Part shown: positions 59,859 through 64,000 of the stretch, piece after piece
How positions within the stretch are numbered: the first letter of the stretch is position 1
How the letters are laid out: the number at the start of each line of letters is the position of its first letter
Assembly (NCBI GenBank): GCA_964016885.1
Contig: OZ024744.1
Span: 64,604,001-64,668,000, forward strand
Length of the DNA stretch: 64,000 nucleotides
Direction: 5' to 3'
From: Eledone cirrhosa
Lineage: Eukaryota
The notes under the pieces: generated by a model
Databases searched by the model: none
What the model saw: only the letters and a program-made list of their open reading frames with translations
What the model was told of the DNA's origin: nothing
Translations under genes and position numbers: made by a program

Positions 59859-60760
59859 ATAATAATAAATTTAAAGACTAAAATACAAAGAGGGCTCGAT
59901 AAGGATAAATATATATCAAATATATAAGAACCGTAGAGCAAATATTTATTAAAATAACAGATTAAAGTTTAAGCAAAGAATCGCTGCTTTCACACTTAAC
60001 GGGATCTTCTGAAACTAACAAAGTCAATCTGTAAACGCAGAAGTGGATATTTCAAAAAACGTTGCAACCGGAGGAAGACAGGAAGACGATACTTTGGTTT
60101 GTGGAAACGTTCCTTGGCAAAGAACGGGAAAAACGAATATAATACGACATTAATAGGAGCGGTGAAAAACAATTACGCGCAAAGACCGAACCACGTTTAT
60201 GGTATAAAAGAAGTCGTAGACTAATGTTCTCTTAGGTGGTTCATAGAGACGTTCTCTGGCAATGAACGCATGTGGTCTGTGGCGTAGAGTATTTCCAGGG
60301 CCTCAGCGGCGCAGAGGTCACATGGTCTTTTATTTCCGTTATACCTTCTAGCCTTAGCTAGGATCTCCCAGTGTAACTTATATTGGGTATGGTTGTCTTT
60401 TAGACTCTAGATATAAGCTGAAAGTGACGTCATATTCCTTCTTAGAGGGTAACGAAAAGAATGGGTATGCATGTAAAGACGCTGCTTGAATCTATTGGCG
60501 GTTAACCCTATGTAGACTCTACGGGACGTGGGTGTTTCAACCTTACATTTGTAGACAATGTTACTAGAGAGGCATTTCCCGGATAGGGGGCAATCAACCC
60601 GATTCCTACAATTACAGTTAGTACTAACTACAAGGTTGCACGTGTTCCTACGGCTAGGTAGTTTAGCTAAATTTGAAGCTCTGATGTTATGTGCAAGGTT
60701 AGGAGTCGTAGAGTAAGAAATTTTAATAGTATTTCTATTAAAATTTTTACTATATTCATT
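59845..60760 (-). mobile_element. Penelope-like element, inverted arm: GIY-YIG endonuclease plus internally deleted 3' UTR
   Basis: FNRNTIKISYS, CNCRNRVDCPLSGKCL..NIVYKC...VYIGLT...FKQRLYMH..SF; 60025-60268 mirrors 63663-64000. Confidence 0.9.
59966..60016 (-). ncRNA. Degenerate type I hammerhead
   Basis: Minus: agttt-CaGAAGA-tcccgttaagtgt-GAAA-gca..tgc-TT-aaact; stems I and III pair, core has U4 to A, stem II weak. Confidence 0.5.
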
Positions 60761-61459
60761 ACCCTCTAAGAAGGAATATGACGTCACTTTCAGCTTATAT
60801 CTGGAGTCTAAAAGACAACCACACCCAATATAAGTTACACTGGGAGATCCTAGCTAGGGCTAGAAGGTATAACGGAAATAAAAGACCATGTGACCTCTGC
60901 GCCGCTGAGGCCCTGGAAATACTCTACGCCACAGACCACATCTTAAACAAAAAATCTGAGGCAATTTCGGCTTGTAAACATAAATTGCACAAAACTTTCC
61001 TGTATTACAGCCCCACGTTATACCCTAACGGATAGTACGATCTATAAGTGGATATTTTACGTCTTGATGTGGTAGCTAAGTATATGTTTTGTTTATACCA
61101 TTACTTATTTGCATAGGTAAGTATATATTACCTGTATGTTTTGTGAAGGTACGTATACTTTCTCGTACTTTCTTTTTTGATTGTATATGTTATGGCGTAT
61201 AATTTTATATATTCTGGTACATATGGTTTGGTTATGTGTATACGGGAGTTTTGAGTCTGTGTGAGTATGCAGGTTCGTACGTATGTAGGGTGTGTGTATA
61301 TGTGTACTTCATGTTTTGGTTGACGTACGTCTCCGAACATTTGTGTATTTACATGTAGGTATGTGTGTGCGCTTGTTATATACATATTTATTTATTTATA
61401 TACGTTTATTTAATTATTTATTTATTTGTATACACGCACGCACACACACACATATTTAT

Positions 61460-62451
61460 ACCAGATAGAAAAATGCGTACAGCAAAAAAAAGTAATATTG
61501 TTGGAATATAAACCTTTAAAAATACAGGACTAGAAACTAAGATAAAACTTTAAAGAATTGGACAAGAAATAAAAAATTTTACAATAATATTAGTGGCAAA
61601 ATTTTTATTGGTAAAAAATCGAGTTCCACATTCATAGGCTCTGGGTTCCACATTCAGAGGTCGTCGTCAGACCGGGGGGATCATTTGATCCTGGTTTGAA
61701 CACCAATTGGGCCATAACCATACCCCTATTTCATCATTCGGCGACACGCCTCATGTGTCATGCATAATGTGAATGGACCCATGGGCCCATGAGCACAGAT
61801 CTTGAGCAGCAGCGGACGGTCTTGTCGTCCCGCTCATCCTTGATCTTGACCAACCCGTCCATCTTCTCCTTGCATCTTGTCCTTGAGTTCAAGTCCGGCA
61901 ATCCAGATGAATGCGTGCCACAGCTTTCTGGTACAGGAAGGGGGAACAGGAGGACTGGGGGGATGACGAGACAGAGGGAGGGAGGACCGGTGGTTGAGGG
62001 AGGTGCCGTAGTCGGTGGTCAGAGTCGACATCTTGTCCCGGTCGTCTTCTCCATCTTCTTCTGGTGTTGCGGGACCAGAAGTGTATTCTTGGAGGAGACC
62101 TGCAGCTGCATCGGCCAATTCTTCTTGCACTGGTCATTCTGACGGAGCAGAACTGCTCAGCCAACCAACCCCAACCAGAACCAACCGCTCAGGGGCAACG
62201 CACAATGAGAGCATGACAATTATTATGCACTAATCAAGAAGATACTGGGGCATAGCACAGGAACGAAAAAAAAATTTTTGCCACTAATATTATTGTAAAA
62301 TTTTTTATTTCTTGTCCAATTCTTTAAAGTTTTATCTTAGTTTCTTGTCCTATTCTTTTAAAGTTTTATTTTAGTTTCTTGTCCTGTATTTTTAAAGGTT
62401 TATATTCCAACAATATTACTTTTTTTTGCTGTACGCATTTTTCTATCTGGT
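61460..62451. mobile_element. Non-autonomous DNA transposon with long TIRs (~147 and ~180 bp) and GC-rich internal cargo
   Basis: accagatagaaaaatgcgtacagc...tagtggcaaaa inverted at 62271-62451; ~34-bp subrepeat in 2 copies left and 3 right. Confidence 0.88.
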
Positions 62452-62939
62452 CTACTATTTTTTAAGGCAATGCAAGCAACAATTATCTAATAATTAAAAG
62501 ATCATAGTGAATTACTGACAAGTGATTGACATTTTAAAGTTCTTTTGAGTATAATTGCAATCTAGTTGAGGCAACTGGCTTAATGACAAAGCTAGTAAAT
62601 CATGAATGCATTTGAGATGATTAGTGCATAATAGTGAATTGGTGAAACTTGTGCATTTCAATGGTGTTACGGATAAAAACTGATACTGCTGTCTACGACC
62701 TTTATATAGGATTGTCATGTTTCTCTGTATCTGCAATGTGGGTATACAAAATAAGAATTATGATATTAACTTTTATTTAAAATCCCAAAAAATGCTGTGC
62801 ATGAAAACTTCAAAAAGTAATTCTATTTCTATTGATGACCTCTTAGTTGCTCATACTAATTTTGTAAAAGATTTCAAGCCAATAATCAGAATGATCTGGT
62901 ATAATTTTTATGCAGATAAATGACTAATTAGTATAAAGG

Positions 62940-62999
62940 GCCATCCAGATATCATGTGGACACCGCGAACCAAAAATGGTCACATGATATCTGGATGGC
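62940..62999. repeat. Perfect 19-bp inverted repeat with 22-nt spacer
   Basis: gccatccagatatcatgtg / cacatgatatctggatggc. Confidence 0.9.
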
Positions 63000-63179
63000 T
63001 TCTAAGCATCCCCTCCACATGGCGGGGACATGGGTCATCATCGTGGAGCACTCACCTATTTTTAAAATATTAGACTATGATAAATGAATTTAGTTAAAAA
63101 TACAATTTGAAATATATTAGATTACCTCCCCTTGTAATTACCTCCCATAGCGTCACGCTTACTACTCACTCACTTGAAC

Positions 63180-63396
63180 ACAAGATTTATCAGCGAACTT
63201 TGATTATAAACTTTTTCCCGCTGGACCAAATTTCTAGATTTTTAAGCTAAAAGATGCGTAATGATCTACTGTTCATGCTCATATAAGTTTTATCTCAGTT
63301 AAATAAAGTAGAGCCGCGCTGTACTGTCGTAAACAGACGATTGCCAACGAAAACACGACCACAACAATATTACTAAACGGACTACCGTCCGTTTAG
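63180..63396. mobile_element. Possible Helentron/HINE-like remnant
   Basis: Terminal hairpin ctaaacggac-tacc-gtccgtttag at 63373-63396; family assignment is inference. Confidence 0.35.
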
Positions 63397-63784
63397 GATG
63401 TGCGTGGTTTTGTATACATATGGCAAGTGTTTTCGCGTATGCTCGTGTATGTACGTATTTGCATGCGTGTATGTATTTATTTAATTTCTATTACCTCTGT
63501 ATGGTATTTTATTTACTTTATTCTTAACTCTGAAGCGGAGATTCATTGGGTTTCCTAGTTAGAATTTTAGTCTACGACTTCAGCTATACTATTTACGTGG
63601 TTTTGTCTTTGCGTGCAATTGTTCTCCAGGCTCCACATATGACGTATTATCTTCGTTTTTTCCGTTCATTGCCAGAGAACGTCTCTATGAACCACCTAAG
63701 AGAACATTAGTCTACGACTTCTTTTATACCATAAATGTGGTTCGGTCTTTGCGCGTATTTGTTTTTCACCGCTCCTATTAATGA

Positions 63785-63882
63785 CGAGGTTGACTTTGCC
63801 TTTCATCCTTACGGGGTCGATAAAATAAAGTACCAGTAATGCACTGGGTAATTGCTGGCATTGTGCCTAAAGTAGAAACAAT
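63785..63882 (+). mobile_element. 5'-truncated SINE inserted in the Penelope 3' UTR
   Basis: SINE core and tail present here but absent from the mirror copy at ~60135-60150. Confidence 0.9.
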
Positions 63883-64000
63883 TATATTCGTTTTTTCCCG
63901 TTCTTTGCCAGCGAACGTTTCCACAAACCAAAGTATCGTCTTCCTGTCTTCCTCCGGTTGCAACGTTTTTTGAAATATCCAGTTCTGCGTTTACAGATTG

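Larger units (their letters stand above)
60759..64000 (+). mobile_element. Penelope-like element, forward arm: endonuclease C-terminus (stop 61035) and 3' UTR, interrupted by later insertions, running off the window
   Basis: TSLSAYIWSLK...WEILARA..Y....CDLCAAE..EI......LNKKSEAISACKH; 60759-60940 is the reverse complement of 60271-60452. Confidence 0.8.

Overview
AT-rich metazoan genomic DNA, almost entirely intronic/intergenic and saturated with transposons and microsatellites. The repeat content (kb-scale (TA)n/(TACA)n arrays, RTE LINEs with (GAT)n tails, tRNA-derived SINEs, Penelope-like elements) suggests a coleoid cephalopod such as an octopus; this is inference, not a database result. 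No intact host protein-coding exon was recognised, and the long Ile/Tyr-rich ORFs in the track are microsatellite artefacts. Main content: (i) a cluster of TTAA-flanked piggyBac-type MITEs and SINEs at 3-10 kb; (ii) an ~18 kb nest (11-29 kb, with a 200-N gap) in which young 5'-truncated RTE and CR1-like LINEs alternate with TA arrays, the RTE ORF2 carrying a C4HC3 PHD-type finger inside the RT; (iii) decayed RTE copies and a mariner with a nested hAT MITE at 35-46 kb; (iv) a Penelope-like hotspot at 51-64 kb with three hammerhead ribozymes having intact catalytic cores plus several decayed ones, small non-coding fold-back elements (one combining a hammerhead with an antisense tRNA-derived segment), an RT with no downstream endonuclease, a separate palindromic GIY-YIG element, a non-autonomous Helitron and a long-TIR element with GC-rich cargo. 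Weak splice and promoter signals suggest non-coding 5' exons of host genes. All alignments and RNA folds were done by eye and boundaries of old elements are approximate.
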